From: Toensbergia leucococca
Lineage: Eukaryota
Direction: 5' to 3'
DNA length: 64,000 bases
Assembly: GCA_022813965.1 (NCBI GenBank)
Contig: JALDZS010000021.1
Coordinates: 124,001 to 188,000, forward strand
The notes below the pieces were generated by a model. It did not search any database. It was not told where the DNA came from and was given only the letters and a program-made list of their open reading frames with translations. Of this stretch, positions 13,939 to 26,724 are shown piece by piece. Position 1 is the first letter of the stretch; each line of letters opens with the position of its first letter. A program made the translations under genes and the position numbers.

Positions 13939-15079
13939 GAATGTGCATGAGCAACTTGAAACCGTGAGCATTCTTCTTGCTCATCAAGCAGCAGCGGTCC
14001 GAGAAATGGTCCAAGGGCTTATAGAATTCTTCTCTTGTCAATCTGATCCAACAAGCCTCCCAAAACGTCCAAGAGAGCATGTACCCGAGGACACAAAACT
14101 AAAACTATGTCTAGAGTCGACTCTTAATTTCATTTTCTGTCGGCCATCCTTTATCCGGCCCAACGGTTTGGGTGGAAGAAGAATGACAGCTCACAACGCC
14201 ACACAAGCTATTGGTTCTTCATGAACAGAGAAAGCACAGATTTCGAACAGCAGCATCAGTACCAGATTTGAGCTGTCAAAAAAATCCCCGTGGCGCATCA
14301 GAGCTTGCTTATGCAGGTGCCCAGCGTACCGATGCGTCGGACATTACTTTTGTGCCGTGTAACTCAAGTATTCTGCATGAACCTTAGCATGTCGTGGTCT
14401 CACCAAATCAAAGTCCTGAAAGATACGCAGGATTCGAATGGTCTTTTTTAGCTGGCAGACGTTGACAATCTGGCCCCAATCCATGCTTCCGACACAGGAA
14501 TGGATTTGAAGTGGACGCATGATTTATTCAGGGTCTGGCCTGGCACTCTCGGTATGGTTACACCGCAGACAGTCGTGTGGTCTGTGTACACTGGCGGTCA
14601 ACAAAGTATAACGGTAATCCGGTTATGCGCATAGCCATTCCCGAAGTTGTAACCATGATAATACATCACCTTGTCTACCTCTCTGAATGCTTAGTCGTAT
14701 CTCCTTGAGCAAGGGCATCAGGAAGAATCCGGAAGCATGTTTGCCTGCTAGTTAGTGGAAGGCTCATTGTTTCACCCCTAATTCTTTGATTCAGATACCC
14801 ATATCCTTCTGTTCAAGCATCGTCGTGACAAGCACCCACCATAGCTTCTCCTTCTCATCGAACTGTTCAAAAGCGGGCTTGTTCCCATCTTTTTTTCCTT
14901 GAAGCCTGCCGACCCCAAATCTCTGTCTCGATTCTTCGCCCGCTCCATTCGCCCCCCTACCTTCTTTCCATCCGCCCTTTTCCATCTCCTACAGAAAGCT
15001 CCCCGTCCAACCCTGCACAGAGCGATATTCCAGCGATATTCCAGCGCCTTAACCGCCAGAGCTGCGTACCTTATCCAAA

Positions 15080-15427
15080 ATGTACTCTTGCAGCAATTAT
15101 ACCCGCGGCTGCCGGGGCCGCACCAACACCTCTGGAGGCAGGTGTCAAGACTGTACCGTACGTCCACAGTGCCCCCCCTTTCCTCAAATTTCGCGTCTCT
15201 TCCATCACCCTCAATACTCCGCCATCTATATTTTCCCTTTCCCCTTCTTTCCATCCTCCCCTCTTCCCTATCTCCTCCCCCCTCCGGCTCCAGCCCCCAC
15301 TAACCGCACCAAGACCTTCAACCTCACCCGCCCCTCCCAATCCCCGACTCAATCAGCTCTCCACCCTCGACCACCTCCCACCCCTTCACCCCTCCGCCCA
15401 AATCCTCCCCCACCTCCTTCGCAATGA
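15080..15427 (+). CDS. Small Cys-rich protein (~63 aa after splicing; exons 15080-15157, 15314-15427)
   Basis: ATG in AAAATG context; MYSCSNYTRGCRGRTNTSGGRCQDCT, then GTACGT donor at 15158, CTAAC branch at 15300, AG at 15312-15313; exon 2 TFNLTRPSQ... is Pro-rich. Confidence 0.6.
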   Translation: MYSCSNYTRGCRGRTNTSGGRCQDCTVRPQCPPFPQISRLFHHPQYSAIYIFPFPFFPSSPLPYLLPPPAPAPTNRTKTFNLTRPSQSPTQSALHPRPPPTPSPLRPNPPPPPSQ

Positions 15428-16010
15428 CGACACACTCTCACGTATCGGAGCCGATCCAAGAAGACAACCGTTATTTCCAAATTTTCTAGGAGCATTGCTT
15501 GCTGTGTAAGGCAAAGGGGTAGGAGATTGATGCTTGCGGATCAAGCTTGACATTTACTTTTTCTCTCTCCGTCATGTGGGCGCGGAGAAAGTGGTAGATT
15601 CTGCATTCGTCGCTAGGTATGGAGCCTCTATCTTGAGCGTTGACGGAGGTCAGGGGGAATGCGTTCGTGCCGGGTTTTGATGGAGTTCATTTTATGGGAA
15701 AGGAGAGGGAAGGTTGTGAGTGTGGATGGTAGGGGTGGACGGGGGGAGGGGGAGACTTGTATGTTTAATGTGTATTGGTACTACTTTTGGGTTTTTTCTT
15801 TTCTTTTCCTTTCTCTTCCGTTCCTCCTTTGTCTTAATTTTTCTTTAATCTCTTTACCAATTCTTTCTGATTTTGGTCCTTTCGGGGGTGATTTCGGTGG
15901 GGTTTGGGCTATTTAATTCACCGAGCGGGTTACCCGGAAGGAAACGGGGGACGATTTTAATGTAGTAAATTCCTGGTCCCGGCGATGAACACCCTCTCTC
16001 TCTCTGGTTG

Positions 16011-16035
16011 TTTTTTTTTTTTTTTTTTTTTTTTT
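16011..16035. repeat. Poly(T) homopolymer (25 nt) in a T-rich/A-rich convergent intergenic zone
   Basis: Directly visible. Confidence 0.9.
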
Positions 16036-17124
16036 GCGGGAACGGGAGAGTTTGTATGACCTCTCTTGCTTGTGTGGATGGGGTTGTTCGGGGAGCGCGA
16101 GTTTCGCTAATCAGAATGAATCCCCTGCTGCAGGGTGTGCATAATTTTTGGGTATGTGAAGATTGCTCTCTTTTTTTCCCTCCTTTTTGGAAAGGGTGAT
16201 TGGTTGTAGAAGCCTCCTTTTTTTTGGGTTGTTGTTGGGAGAGTGAATTAGGAACCATAACCCCAGATCCTTACCCTCGATCCACTCTAAAACCCGCTAA
16301 TATTTCCTGTATTTTCTATTCTTGTGCTTCCAATCCCAACTCCCACAAAATCCTTAGTCAAGATTTTGATCTTTTTGGTCGATTAGCCCTTTTTTAAGAG
16401 TGGCAACAAGGCGATATTATTCCATGTTATTCTATGCTATTCTAGACTCTTCTGTATAGAACATTAAAAATAAACATAAACCACAAACCCAAAAAATCAT
16501 TCAATCTTCACATCCATCAGGCTCCGAAAAAACGAGGAGGCAGGAAAGAAGAAGGAAGGAAGATGCGGAAGGGAAGGGAAAGCGAATCGTTATATGATAT
16601 TATGTGACGCACATATCTCTGTTCAGTAGCCGATGAGCATGACGAGATGAACAGAAATGGATGCATTCGGGCAAGAAATATTCATTCATACACTTCATAC
16701 TCCTCCTACACGAGTAAATATATAACAGACCCAAAAGAATAAAACAAAAGAAGCCTCTCTTCTCCCAACCACATCCAACCAGACCCATTCCTCACAAAGC
16801 AGCTCACTCACTCTATCAAGTTCAACGCACTTCAGCTGGGCAAAGTTGATGTTTTCTTTGTAAAAAAAAACTTAAATTTAAAAAAAAAGGACAACCTCAG
16901 ACGCCAACAGCACAGTTAGCTGTCTTGCACAAAGAGGGAAAATATCTAGAAAAAATCACAGAGCAACAAGCACCAGTTGAGCCAGATCGAGTGGCTACCT
17001 AAAAGGAAAAACTAAGCACGCATATTAAAGACAGACACAATCAATCCATATCTAGCCCGCCCATCTCATCGCTCCGAGAATTATCCCCCCTTCCCAAACC
17101 ATAACAAGGCACCATGAAACAAAT

Positions 17125-18243
17125 CTAAGCCTTCTCATCCTTGGCATTGACAGCAACACCCTCCAATTCCTCATAAGCCGGTAAGGCCTCCTTCTCTACG
17201 TCCACCTCCTCCCCATGCAGAGCCGTATATTCTCTATTCACGCGCCCAAAGCGGGTATAGCGCATCCAGAAAAACAGCAGCACCTGCCCGACCAAAAGCC
17301 CCACAGCACTGACAGCCATACCAGCTCCGATGCCCACGAGGATAGGTAGGAGGACGTGAGCAAAGATTCGGTGCGCGACGCGGGCAATTTTGTGGGCCAG
17401 GGTGCGGTGGTGGCGGTGGCCGTCGTGGAGTGGAGAAGGAGGACCACCAGCCGGGTGGTGCTGATGGTGGGGCGGAGGAGGGCGGGTCAGGTGGAGTTTC
17501 TTCATGACACAGGCGCAGGCATGTTGGACTTTGGTGCGAGCGGAGGCCATTTTAGCGTGCAGAACGGCGAACATGCGGCAGAGGATTGTGGTGCATTGGG
17601 CACCGGGAGCATCGGGAGAAACAGGAAGTTTCATGAGTCGGCCCATTTGCAGCTTTAGTTGGTAGAAGGAGTTAGCTGGGCTCGAGAGGCGTAGGGAGGG
17701 AAGGCTTACATGTCCATCAGGGAATTTGAGGGCTAAAATTTCGATGCTGTCGATGTTAACGACTGCGCCGTCAAGGCCTAGAATTTGCATCGCGATGGGG
17801 ACCACGACTGGCGAATCCTTGTCTCCATTGATAGGCTTCACTTCCGGCTTAAATTCGAGGCTGTAACTCAGTCTACGATCGCCATCATACGCTTCCACGT
17901 TCTTTGTGCTCTGGCTGTCGTCTTTTTTGACTTGCTTCGCGAAGAGCGGTTCGGGCATGCTGGACGAACCAGGATAGAAGGGTACGCCGTTGAGCTTGAG
18001 GTGGCTGTCCTCGGCGACAAAGTTCACAACTAATTCATTATCGACGCCGAAAATCCATTCATTGGCGGCGATAGCAAAGGGACAGGTGGAGCAGTCGAGG
18101 TTGATGGACTGGGTATCTGGATTTACCGCAGATGAGATGAGGTTGGAGGCTTTGAGAGCATCGTTGGATACCTCAGGAGGGATGAGGAAGGCAGTGGCGG
18201 TTAGGGCAAATGCGGTCGTTGAAAGAAAGGTGGGGAGCAACAT
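17125..18243 (-). CDS. Conserved fungal secretory-pathway membrane protein of unknown function
   Basis: Signal peptide MLLPTFLSTTAFALTATAFLIPP, CxxC motif (LDCSTCPF), His-rich linker, C-terminal TM helix (VLLPILVGIGAGMAVSAVGLLVGQ) and PAY tail; probable short in-frame intron near 17656-17709. Confidence 0.75.
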   Translation of the reverse strand: MLLPTFLSTTAFALTATAFLIPPEVSNDALKASNLISSAVNPDTQSINLDCSTCPFAIAANEWIFGVDNELVVNFVAEDSHLKLNGVPFYPGSSSMPEPLFAKQVKKDDSQSTKNVEAYDGDRRLSYSLEFKPEVKPINGDKDSPVVVPIAMQILGLDGAVVNIDSIEILALKFPDGHVSLPSLRLSSPANSFYQLKLQMGRLMKLPVSPDAPGAQCTTILCRMFAVLHAKMASARTKVQHACACVMKKLHLTRPPPPHHQHHPAGGPPSPLHDGHRHHRTLAHKIARVAHRIFAHVLLPILVGIGAGMAVSAVGLLVGQVLLFFWMRYTRFGRVNREYTALHGEEVDVEKEALPAYEELEGVAVNAKDEKA

Positions 18244-18915
18244 GTTTATGTGCTTCTTCTTGCGATGAGTGGAATTCGTATATGGAGATGATTATTGATG
18301 GAAGTTGTAGTTTAAGTGGTTCATGAGGCAGAAGTAGAGTGAAAGGAGGAAAGAGGGAGGAGGGAGGCTTAGCTTACGTGGATGAAACGTCACGCCGGCC
18401 ATCGGATGTTGGACAAACAAACTTCACCGTAAATACTCAGCCTCAGCTTCACTCTCTTTATTGTGAACCTGAAATGAATGCATAAATTCATTATTCATTA
18501 TTCTACCAACCAGTCTCGATGATTATGATTACGAGGACGAGTACAACAATGAAAGTCACGATGAAGTACTGAGTACAGCACAAGCTCATAGAACAAAGTG
18601 AATTCAAAACCAGGTCAAAAGTCAATGTGCTTCAGTAAAATATTCTCTATTTTAAATACTTGTTACTCGTACACCCATAGTTTCCTCGTCTGGCCAGACA
18701 TGTAATCCATGTCAGCACTCTGAAATCATCGACGCCGCCAAGAATGCTTCACCGCCCCTACAAACACATAAAACGGAGCTTTTGATAACTCGCAGCCGTG
18801 TGCTGTATGAGGCTCTCGCTTGAACCCTACAGGATTCTTGAAATTAGGCTAGTAATATACATACTATCTTTCAGTCACGACTGAATGAATAACACCTACT
18901 CTTGGCACTCCATGT

Positions 18916-20522
18916 TCATCCCGACGTTTTCCGATGCTTCGAAGAGGGTTTGGCCCTTTCACTCTCTAGCAGTAAAGTAAGCTGGCTCTTTGTCTGCGAG
19001 GACACTGGAGGTGAGCTATCAGAATCTTCGACAGCTGAACTCGAAGCCCCGGGTGGCTTCAGAGGCACAAGCTCATTAGTATATTCCATCTGTGTATCCT
19101 TGCCTTTGCCAGTACTAGGGGCTTCTCTCTTGAAGTCCATGGGGCCGCGAGCTGCATAGGGAGCTGAGGTCGCCACAGCGGTGGTAGGCTTAGGTACAAG
19201 GGAAGGTAACGAAGCAAAAGAGACATTCCTAGACGACGTTTTATCGGCAAACTTAGTTCGGAAGTTGCGATCCACAAGCCAATCCTGCTGATCTTCCTCT
19301 TCGCCCCTGGAGGATTTCATAGTATCCTTTAGAACACTACGTTTGGACCTTGACGCATACTTATCGGTCGATACGAAAGGCTTTGCCGAGCGTTGCTCCG
19401 TGGGATGCATGACAGTCTCGGAGCTCAGACTTGGTTCCAAGACATCGCCAAGTCTTCCTTGGGACAAGCTGCCACGTTCCTTGGCATTCGGTGCTGGAGT
19501 AAGGGACGGCAGAGGCGGCGGCGAGCCAAGGGATGAGGTCGCTTGATCAGTGAGACATGGTGAAGCCCCTTTGGAAGCGTTGCTCGAAGATGACTGGGAT
19601 GACTTTCGGCGAGTGACTGGAGGTCTCCTCTTGGTCGCGGCCGTATTAGCAAGGAACACGGGCTTTTTTCTTTCGGATTGTGCTTTGACTGGCTTCAGAC
19701 CACCAGCCCTGGACGAAGGTGTGACTTTGTCAGAGTGGTCCGCTTTTGGTCTCCTAGACGGTGATGAGGGTTGGGCAGGCTCCAGATGCTGGCTTTCTAG
19801 ATCAGCCCTGAAAGAAATAGAGGGCTTTTCCAGAGGACTGTTGCCGGAATCTTCGACCCTGTCATCTGCACCTTGATAATTGGATTGCAAAGTGGGAGAT
19901 AAAATCCTAGCAGTTTTCGGTGATTGGGTCGGAAACCCTGTTCTCGGTTTCTTCAATATGGGAGGCGGTCGCGATGTGCTCTTCTTCTCTTTCGTGGGTG
20001 ATGTAATTCTAGGTGCACTCGAAGCAAGATTCCTGGAAGTAGAAGTGTTTGCATACTGCTCTCCGCCTGGCAAGCTTGAGAATCTTGGCTCTGATACGAA
20101 TCTATGAGACGAGGGGTGAGAAGAGGGTTCGGCAGAATACTCGTCCTGCCTCGGCGTCGTAATACTTGATTTTGACCGTGGAGATTGCGTAGGCGTAGTT
20201 CGTAACGGTCCACCTTCGGAGATGCTGCTGAATTGTGCAGCGACCTGGCTACCGGTGATAGTGTTGCATATCTGACCATTACTCCATATTCTCCAAAAGA
20301 AGTTCTCCAATCTCCGGCCCACTCCGTCTGCGAGCACAGCTCTGTTGGTGGTATACACTAAACACACTCATGATCAGCCACAGGTGTTTTCTTGTTTCAC
20401 CGATTTAGCAAACCTTTCCATAACTGGGAGATGTCCTCAACAGCCACGCGATTCACTCGGTCGATGTCTCCAGTGATGCTTTCAGAATTAGTAACCAGCC
20501 CTTTAGGAAGGCCTTCGGTCAT
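18916..20522 (-). CDS. DUF1752 (AreA N-terminal-like motif) low-complexity protein, 2 exons
   Basis: Exon 1 MTEGLPKGLVTNSESITGDIDRV...ISQLWK spliced to VYTTNRAVLADGVGRRLENFFWRIWS; Ser/Pro-rich body; C-terminal KSQLTLLLE. Confidence 0.8.
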
Positions 20523-22156
20523 TTCAGACTGCCGGCTGCTTGCAGAGTTGGGCAGTGAGCATGTTCGGGACGGCGTAAAAAGAAGTGAAGCTGTCTTGGA
20601 GGCTTAATCTAGGCACTATGATTAACTGCCATTTTTTGCGCCAGAGCTAAAGCAAGCGTGAACTCAAAGAAGTAGGTAGATTGGAGGCTGCCGCACGGTC
20701 TTGAGGCTGACAGGAACAGATTCAGAAAAGTCTGACAGGAAGCAGGGCAGGAGTGGTAGGGCGGGTTTCATCAGTCATCGAGGCAAAGCAGGGCGTGGTT
20801 ACGTTCACTCCTCCTGCGCAGATTAGGTGGCAGCAGTCAGCAGACTTGGATACGTTGGCCAGGAGGAAGCCATGTTTCTTCATTTTCGTCTTCCGTTTTC
20901 CGTCTTTCGCTCTTGGCCGTGGTCGAGTGGTCGAGTGGTCCCTCTTTCCGTTTTTGCTTCAGCCTACCATGTTCCAGATCCATGGTCAGCAGGCCCAGGG
21001 TTGTCGCGAAGCTTTTGTCGGGACGGGCGCCACCTCCCGCGCGTTTAGAGGATCTATGTACCCCTTGCACCTTGCAGCAGTGCCTATTGAGAGCAGGCCT
21101 GGGACGCTTTAGAAACTTCGGCGCCGGCTCAAGCCCTTTAGACTCCTTAGTGAGCCGGCAGTCGTCGAGTAGTCAACCCGGACTTGAACTGTGGCCGCAG
21201 AAGATCTGCACTCTGGGCATGTTAGCCTACACGTGGCACTGGTCTATGCTGCAATTGCCCATCTGGCGGTGACAAGTAAACAAATGCCTCGAATCCACGG
21301 CCCAATCATTGACCATGCCGGCCACAATCAGGGTCAAGAGGTGGGTGCCAAAAGCATCCTGTCGGAGTAATTAAATTGCCTGGTTAGGGTGGGATCCTCG
21401 GACGGAACATGTCCGCGGAGGTAAGCGTTGCTACTCGTATATCATCATCAGACATGCTCTCCATTTCTCAAAAGAGATAAATGGCTTGGTCAGGTACGAC
21501 ACGGATCCAAAAGACAGTTCTAGTTCATTGTCACATTCCACGCGGGGCAGATGATTGGTAAGAGTGGATTGTTGCCGGCGCATACATTTCAACTAGCTAA
21601 TTTCCCCATCTCCCCATCTCCAATCTTTGCAACAATATTGAGATTCAACTGTATGCTGTGGAGATGGAATTGATGGCCCTTCCAATGCACAAGACTCGCA
21701 TTGAACTATACCTGCCTTGAGTACCTATCATATCAAGGCCTAACCAGTCATGGCTGCGCTGTTTGTGCGTAATCTACGGATACGTCAGACATGAGTGACT
21801 TGTGCGGGATTTGCCACTAACGTCACCATATCACAGCTACCACCATACTCACATTCCATAACATCGCAATGTTATATGTTTTCCTGGGTCGATGTTTGAT
21901 GTATTCTCATCTACCCACTTCCTTCATTTAACGTTGCTATCTCGTGCTTTTCCACCTAGACGTTTCTCTGGCATTGCATAATCACCAAGTCTCATGTCAT
22001 GAAGACTCCAAATAATTGTTTGAGTGCAATCAAGAGAGACTCGTCACTTACCCGCAGCGGGTAGACTTCCAGAGACTGAGCCGTTAGCCGTCCACTGTGG
22101 GAAGCTGCACCTGGTCTCCTGACAGCTTTAGAAATTTCCATCTCGCGCCATTCGTT

Positions 22157-25100
22157 ATGTCTGTAGCGCATGCTGCTTTGTCAGACATGGCCGTCTCAGG
22201 AGACGACAGGTCTATGACTAACATCCTTGTCAAAAACATTCATTGTGCGTCTTGTGTGTCTTACATTCATGATATCCTGGCCTGTTTTGATTCAGCCGTC
22301 CACCAAGTCGACATCAATATCCTTGCTCACGACGTTCGCATACTCCATAGGGCTGACTTACCTCCTTTGGAAATTTGTCGCTCTCTGGCCGATGCAGCTT
22401 TCGAGGTCTATAGTGTGACGATTACTGACAAGCACGGGACTAAGCTACTTGAGCATACCTTTCCCGTGACTTCGGACGGATGGCTTGAAGCTGCTACAGA
22501 TTTGTGGAAACAAGCACCTCCAAGGTCGCCTTTTCGTGCATCTTCTTCCTGCCTTGAGTCACAATGGAAGAATCAGAAGAATAGACATCTTAAGAATTGT
22601 ACTGCCTGTCAAACAGAGGAACTCGATGTTTCGGAAATACCTAAGAGGGCTGCCCTAAAGGACGGGACTCCCAATAAACCAGGACCGCTTAGATCAGGGC
22701 GTGCTTATATTGAACATGACAGGGAGAATGAGAAAGCATCGTTATGGCGGCAATCTGATGGGATTGCATCTAGTTTGCACACTGTGTGCACCAACGTCGA
22801 AAGTAACGATTCGGATTCATCACAGAACATACAGCAACTCGCTTCAGATCTTTCAGAACAACATTCAGCTGCTAGTGGAGATTCTCCTCTCGATTCAACT
22901 TCTCCTGAAGCTCAAGAAAGAACTGTATCAAGATACAGTGTAACACTAAGTATCGGAGGAATGACATGCGCTTCTTGCAGCTCATCTATCACCCGGGCAT
23001 TGGAACGACTATCTTTTGTTGAGTCCGCCCAGGTGAATTTGATGACTTGCAGCGCTATCGTCAAATTTGATGGAGCAAGAGAATTGTCAAATCAAATCAC
23101 TGAGACCGTGGAGGACGTTGGATTCGAAGCTTCGATAACATCCTGCGATCTCATGGATTCGGCAAAACCAGATCTGCAGGCGTCATCTCGTAGTGTTCCG
23201 CAATATGAAGCAGTCCTCAGTATCGGTGGGATGACGTGTGCATCGTGTACGAGCGCCATTACACACGGCTTGCAGGAATTACCCTATATAGATACTGTCA
23301 GCGTCACTCTGATGACTAACAGTGCAGCTGTGAAGTTCTCAGATAAGGAAAACCTCGAGAAGATTGTTGAGAATGTAGAAGATTTGGGCTATGACTGCGC
23401 GGTTGAACGTTGCGACATTGTTAGGGATCCTAAGGGACAGGCAAGCAATGTGTTGGACGTTCAACAAAGAACGGTAACACTGAAGATAGACGGAATATTC
23501 TGCAAGCACTGCCCACCTCGGATTGCCGAAGCCCTGAGTTCGAAGTATGCATGCTCGGTGACTGTCGACTCGTTCCCTACCCTAACGGAGCCAATTCTCA
23601 AGCTGACATATGTCCCGGAAGCCCCTGATTTCACCATTAGGAATATCATTGCCACAATTGACGAAATCAATGAATCATTCCACACGACGATTTACCATCC
23701 ACCATCTCTTGAGGAACGATCTCGATCCATGCAAATCCACGAGCAGCGTCGGCTACTCAAACGACTCCTTCTGAGCCTGATAATCGCTCTCCCAACATTT
23801 TTGATCGGAGTTGTTTGGACCAGCTTGCTCCCTTCGTCCAACAAATTAAGACTTTACTGGGAAACGTCGGCTTGGGGTGTCCCTGTTACTCGGATGGACT
23901 GGTCTCTCTTCATCCTTGCAACGCCCGTCTTTTTCTTTGCAGCAGATGTATTCCACATACGAGCCATCAAAGAAATCCGAGCTCTTTGGCGAAGGGGCGG
24001 CAAGGTACCCGTCTTACGTAGGTTCTACCGATTTGGTAGCATGAACCTACTAATTTCATGCGGCACATCTGTGGCATACTTTGCATCTCTGGCCTTACTC
24101 ATTGTTGATGCGACCACGGCGCCGTCGAAATCTCAAAATAATAATACCACGTATTTTGACTCGGTTGTCTTTTTGACATTCTTCATTCTTATCGGTCGCT
24201 ACCTTGAGGCTTATAGTAGATCTAAGACTGGTAATGCTGTGGCAATGCTCGGGAACCTACGGCCGCAAGAAGCAATTGTCCTTGCTCCTACTTTCATAGA
24301 AGAGGTGTTCTCAAAGGAAATACCGGAATTGGAAAATAATGGGTCATCACATTCAAACACAAAACGAGTCAACGCGGATCTTCTAGAAGTTGGAGATATA
24401 GTTGTTGTCCCTCATGGTTCGGTGCCACCTGCTGATGGCGTTATTGTTTCAGGCTCAACGAGCTTTGATGAGAGCTCCCTGACCGGAGAGTCGCGGAAAG
24501 TAGCGAAAAGTCCGGGCGACAAAGTATTCGCTGGAGGGATCAACACTGGTAGTCCAGTTTCCATCGAGGTCACAGAAGTCAACGGCACTTCCATGTTGGA
24601 TCAAATTATTTCCGTCGTTCGAGAAGGTCAAACCAAGCGCGCCCCTGTCGAGCACCTGGCCGATGTTTTGACTGGGTACTTTGTACCCTTAATCACAGCC
24701 CTAGCGATTCTGACATTCGTGATCTGGTTCTCTCTCGGCCAGTCAGGCGCGCTTGCGTCAAAGTATCTTGATGGACAGCAAGGAGGCTGGGCATTCTGGA
24801 GTCTTGAATTTGCCATTGCTGTCTTCGTTGTAGCTTGTCCGTGTGGTCTCGGCTTGGCTGCGCCAACTGCGCTCTTTGTCGGAGGTGGCATAGCAGCTAA
24901 GAATGGCATCCTAGTCAGAGGAGGGGGCGAAGCTTTTCAAGAAGCTAGCAATATTGATCTTGTAGTCTTCGATAAGACGGGAACCTTGACAGAAGGCGGA
25001 GATCTCAAAGTCACTGATCACGAAATGATGGCTAGTGACGAGGAGGTCGAGGTTGCCTGGTCTATTGCCAGAAGCCTTGAAGAAACTAGCTCCCATCCTC

Positions 25101-26110
25101 TAGCACGTGCCATCCTTGCTCTCGTCTTGACGAAGCCTTCTATACCGCTTGATACAATTTCCATCAGCGAAGATGCTGGACTTGGCCTGCGCGGTACTTT
25201 TGAGTATCTTTCTTCTGAAAACACATTAGCAACGTATGAAGCAGCCCTTGGCTCCGAGAACCTGATCTCTTCACTCAGCCCTAGTCCGGCAACTCCAACA
25301 TACTTCACAGCAAACAATCTCTCTCTCTGGAAAACCCAGTCCAAGTCCGTTGCCCTCCTCGCCATCCGCCGCCTCCCAAATCCGTCATCCACTAACACCC
25401 TCAACGTCCCCTGGATGCTCACCGCTGTTTTCGCCATCGCCGATCCCATCCGGCCCTCTGCCGGCCCCACAATATCAGCCCTCCAATCCCGCGGCCTCGC
25501 AGTCTACATGCTCACAGGCGACAACCTCACCACCGCTACCGCCGTAGCCACAACCCTCAACATCCCCGCCTCTAACATCTTCGCTGGCGTTCTCCCCACC
25601 GAAAAGGCCTCCAAAATTCGCTGGCTGCAAGACCACGGCCCCAAGCGCCCTTGCACTGCATCAAGGTGGACAAAGCTTTTCAAGTTGCGCATCTTGAAAT
25701 CCACGCTCCCAACCCAACAAAGAACCAAAGTTGCCTTCATCGGCGACGGCATCAACGACGCCCCTGCTCTCACAACAGCCACCGTCTCCATCTCCCTCTC
25801 CTCGGGCTCGGACATCGCTCTCTCCTCTTCCTCCTTCGTCCTCCTTTCCCCCTCCCTCGGTACCATCCTCACCCTCTTCGATCTCAGCCGCCGGGTTTTC
25901 AGACGAGTACGTTTCAACTTTGCGTGGGCGCTTGCATATAATGTTTGTCTTGTGCCGGTGGCTGCCGGGGTACTGTTTTGGGTCAGTGAGGACGGTTGGA
26001 GGCTGGGGCCTGTTTGGGCGAGTGCGGCGATGGCGGCGAGTAGTGTTAGTGTTGTTGGGAGCAGTTTGGCGCTTAGATGGGGTGGTGGAGGGAGGGGGAG
26101 GGAGGGGTGA
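22157..26110 (+). CDS. crpA: Copper-exporting P1B-type ATPase (CrpA/Crp1-like), intronless
   Basis: HMA motifs IHCASC, GMTCASC x2, GIFCKHC; LTGES, transmembrane CPC, DKTGT, SHP, GDGIND, YN and MAASS motifs; the FCxHC fourth HMA domain suggests the export subtype; first in-frame ATG 22157. Confidence 0.9.
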   Translation: MSVAHAALSDMAVSGDDRSMTNILVKNIHCASCVSYIHDILACFDSAVHQVDINILAHDVRILHRADLPPLEICRSLADAAFEVYSVTITDKHGTKLLEHTFPVTSDGWLEAATDLWKQAPPRSPFRASSSCLESQWKNQKNRHLKNCTACQTEELDVSEIPKRAALKDGTPNKPGPLRSGRAYIEHDRENEKASLWRQSDGIASSLHTVCTNVESNDSDSSQNIQQLASDLSEQHSAASGDSPLDSTSPEAQERTVSRYSVTLSIGGMTCASCSSSITRALERLSFVESAQVNLMTCSAIVKFDGARELSNQITETVEDVGFEASITSCDLMDSAKPDLQASSRSVPQYEAVLSIGGMTCASCTSAITHGLQELPYIDTVSVTLMTNSAAVKFSDKENLEKIVENVEDLGYDCAVERCDIVRDPKGQASNVLDVQQRTVTLKIDGIFCKHCPPRIAEALSSKYACSVTVDSFPTLTEPILKLTYVPEAPDFTIRNIIATIDEINESFHTTIYHPPSLEERSRSMQIHEQRRLLKRLLLSLIIALPTFLIGVVWTSLLPSSNKLRLYWETSAWGVPVTRMDWSLFILATPVFFFAADVFHIRAIKEIRALWRRGGKVPVLRRFYRFGSMNLLISCGTSVAYFASLALLIVDATTAPSKSQNNNTTYFDSVVFLTFFILIGRYLEAYSRSKTGNAVAMLGNLRPQEAIVLAPTFIEEVFSKEIPELENNGSSHSNTKRVNADLLEVGDIVVVPHGSVPPADGVIVSGSTSFDESSLTGESRKVAKSPGDKVFAGGINTGSPVSIEVTEVNGTSMLDQIISVVREGQTKRAPVEHLADVLTGYFVPLITALAILTFVIWFSLGQSGALASKYLDGQQGGWAFWSLEFAIAVFVVACPCGLGLAAPTALFVGGGIAAKNGILVRGGGEAFQEASNIDLVVFDKTGTLTEGGDLKVTDHEMMASDEEVEVAWSIARSLEETSSHPLARAILALVLTKPSIPLDTISISEDAGLGLRGTFEYLSSENTLATYEAALGSENLISSLSPSPATPTYFTANNLSLWKTQSKSVALLAIRRLPNPSSTNTLNVPWMLTAVFAIADPIRPSAGPTISALQSRGLAVYMLTGDNLTTATAVATTLNIPASNIFAGVLPTEKASKIRWLQDHGPKRPCTASRWTKLFKLRILKSTLPTQQRTKVAFIGDGINDAPALTTATVSISLSSGSDIALSSSSFVLLSPSLGTILTLFDLSRRVFRRVRFNFAWALAYNVCLVPVAAGVLFWVSEDGWRLGPVWASAAMAASSVSVVGSSLALRWGGGGRGREG

Positions 26111-26724
26111 GGATGAGGGTGTAGGTGTTTTGCTGGTAGATTGAGTGTTTGAGGATGATTGTGGTTGGGGATTGGTGTGTGAGTTTTACTTTTATGAGTT
26201 ATGAGTTATGTTTTTGATGGGCTGGGTTGATTGCGTTGCGTTGCGGGGGCTTAATGATATCCTAACGCTTGCGTTGTCATTCTTTTAGTAATCATCGTTG
26301 CAGTCTTTATGGATGAGTTTCAGTTCCATTCATTCCTTTTGATTGTGGACGCTTCCCGATGTGACGTTGTCCTGTCCTTGGTTGTTTTAATCTTTCTATG
26401 TCAGTGGCAAGCGGGAGGATTGTGAGCGGTGGTGTGGGAGGGGGCGGGATAGGGCTGTTGTGGATGTTGATTAGGTGGTGGAAGTGGGTGGTGGAAAGGG
26501 GTGCTTTGATATTTTATGTAGGGTTGTTTTTTTAAGGGGGGTGAGGTGGTGGGGTTTAGGGTATTTGGGAGTCGGTTGTTCTTTGGGTTTTTGGTATGTT
26601 TATGTAAGGGGTAGGTTGAGGGTGGCGCATAATGAAGCCCTCCCTACCAAATGGACAGTAGAGCCTCGTTCGCAGAGAGAAGCCAACGCGGTAGATTAAA
26701 TACCCCGCTGCAACCACCCCTCCA

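Noticed and set aside
14778..15352. Gly/Arg-rich minus-strand ORFs
   Set aside because: By-product of the C-rich low-complexity plus strand; the spliced plus-strand Cys-rich gene explains the region better
21300..22150. Copper-responsive (Ace1/AceA-type) elements upstream of crpA
   Set aside because: Only short GCTG cores are visible, too degenerate to support by eye
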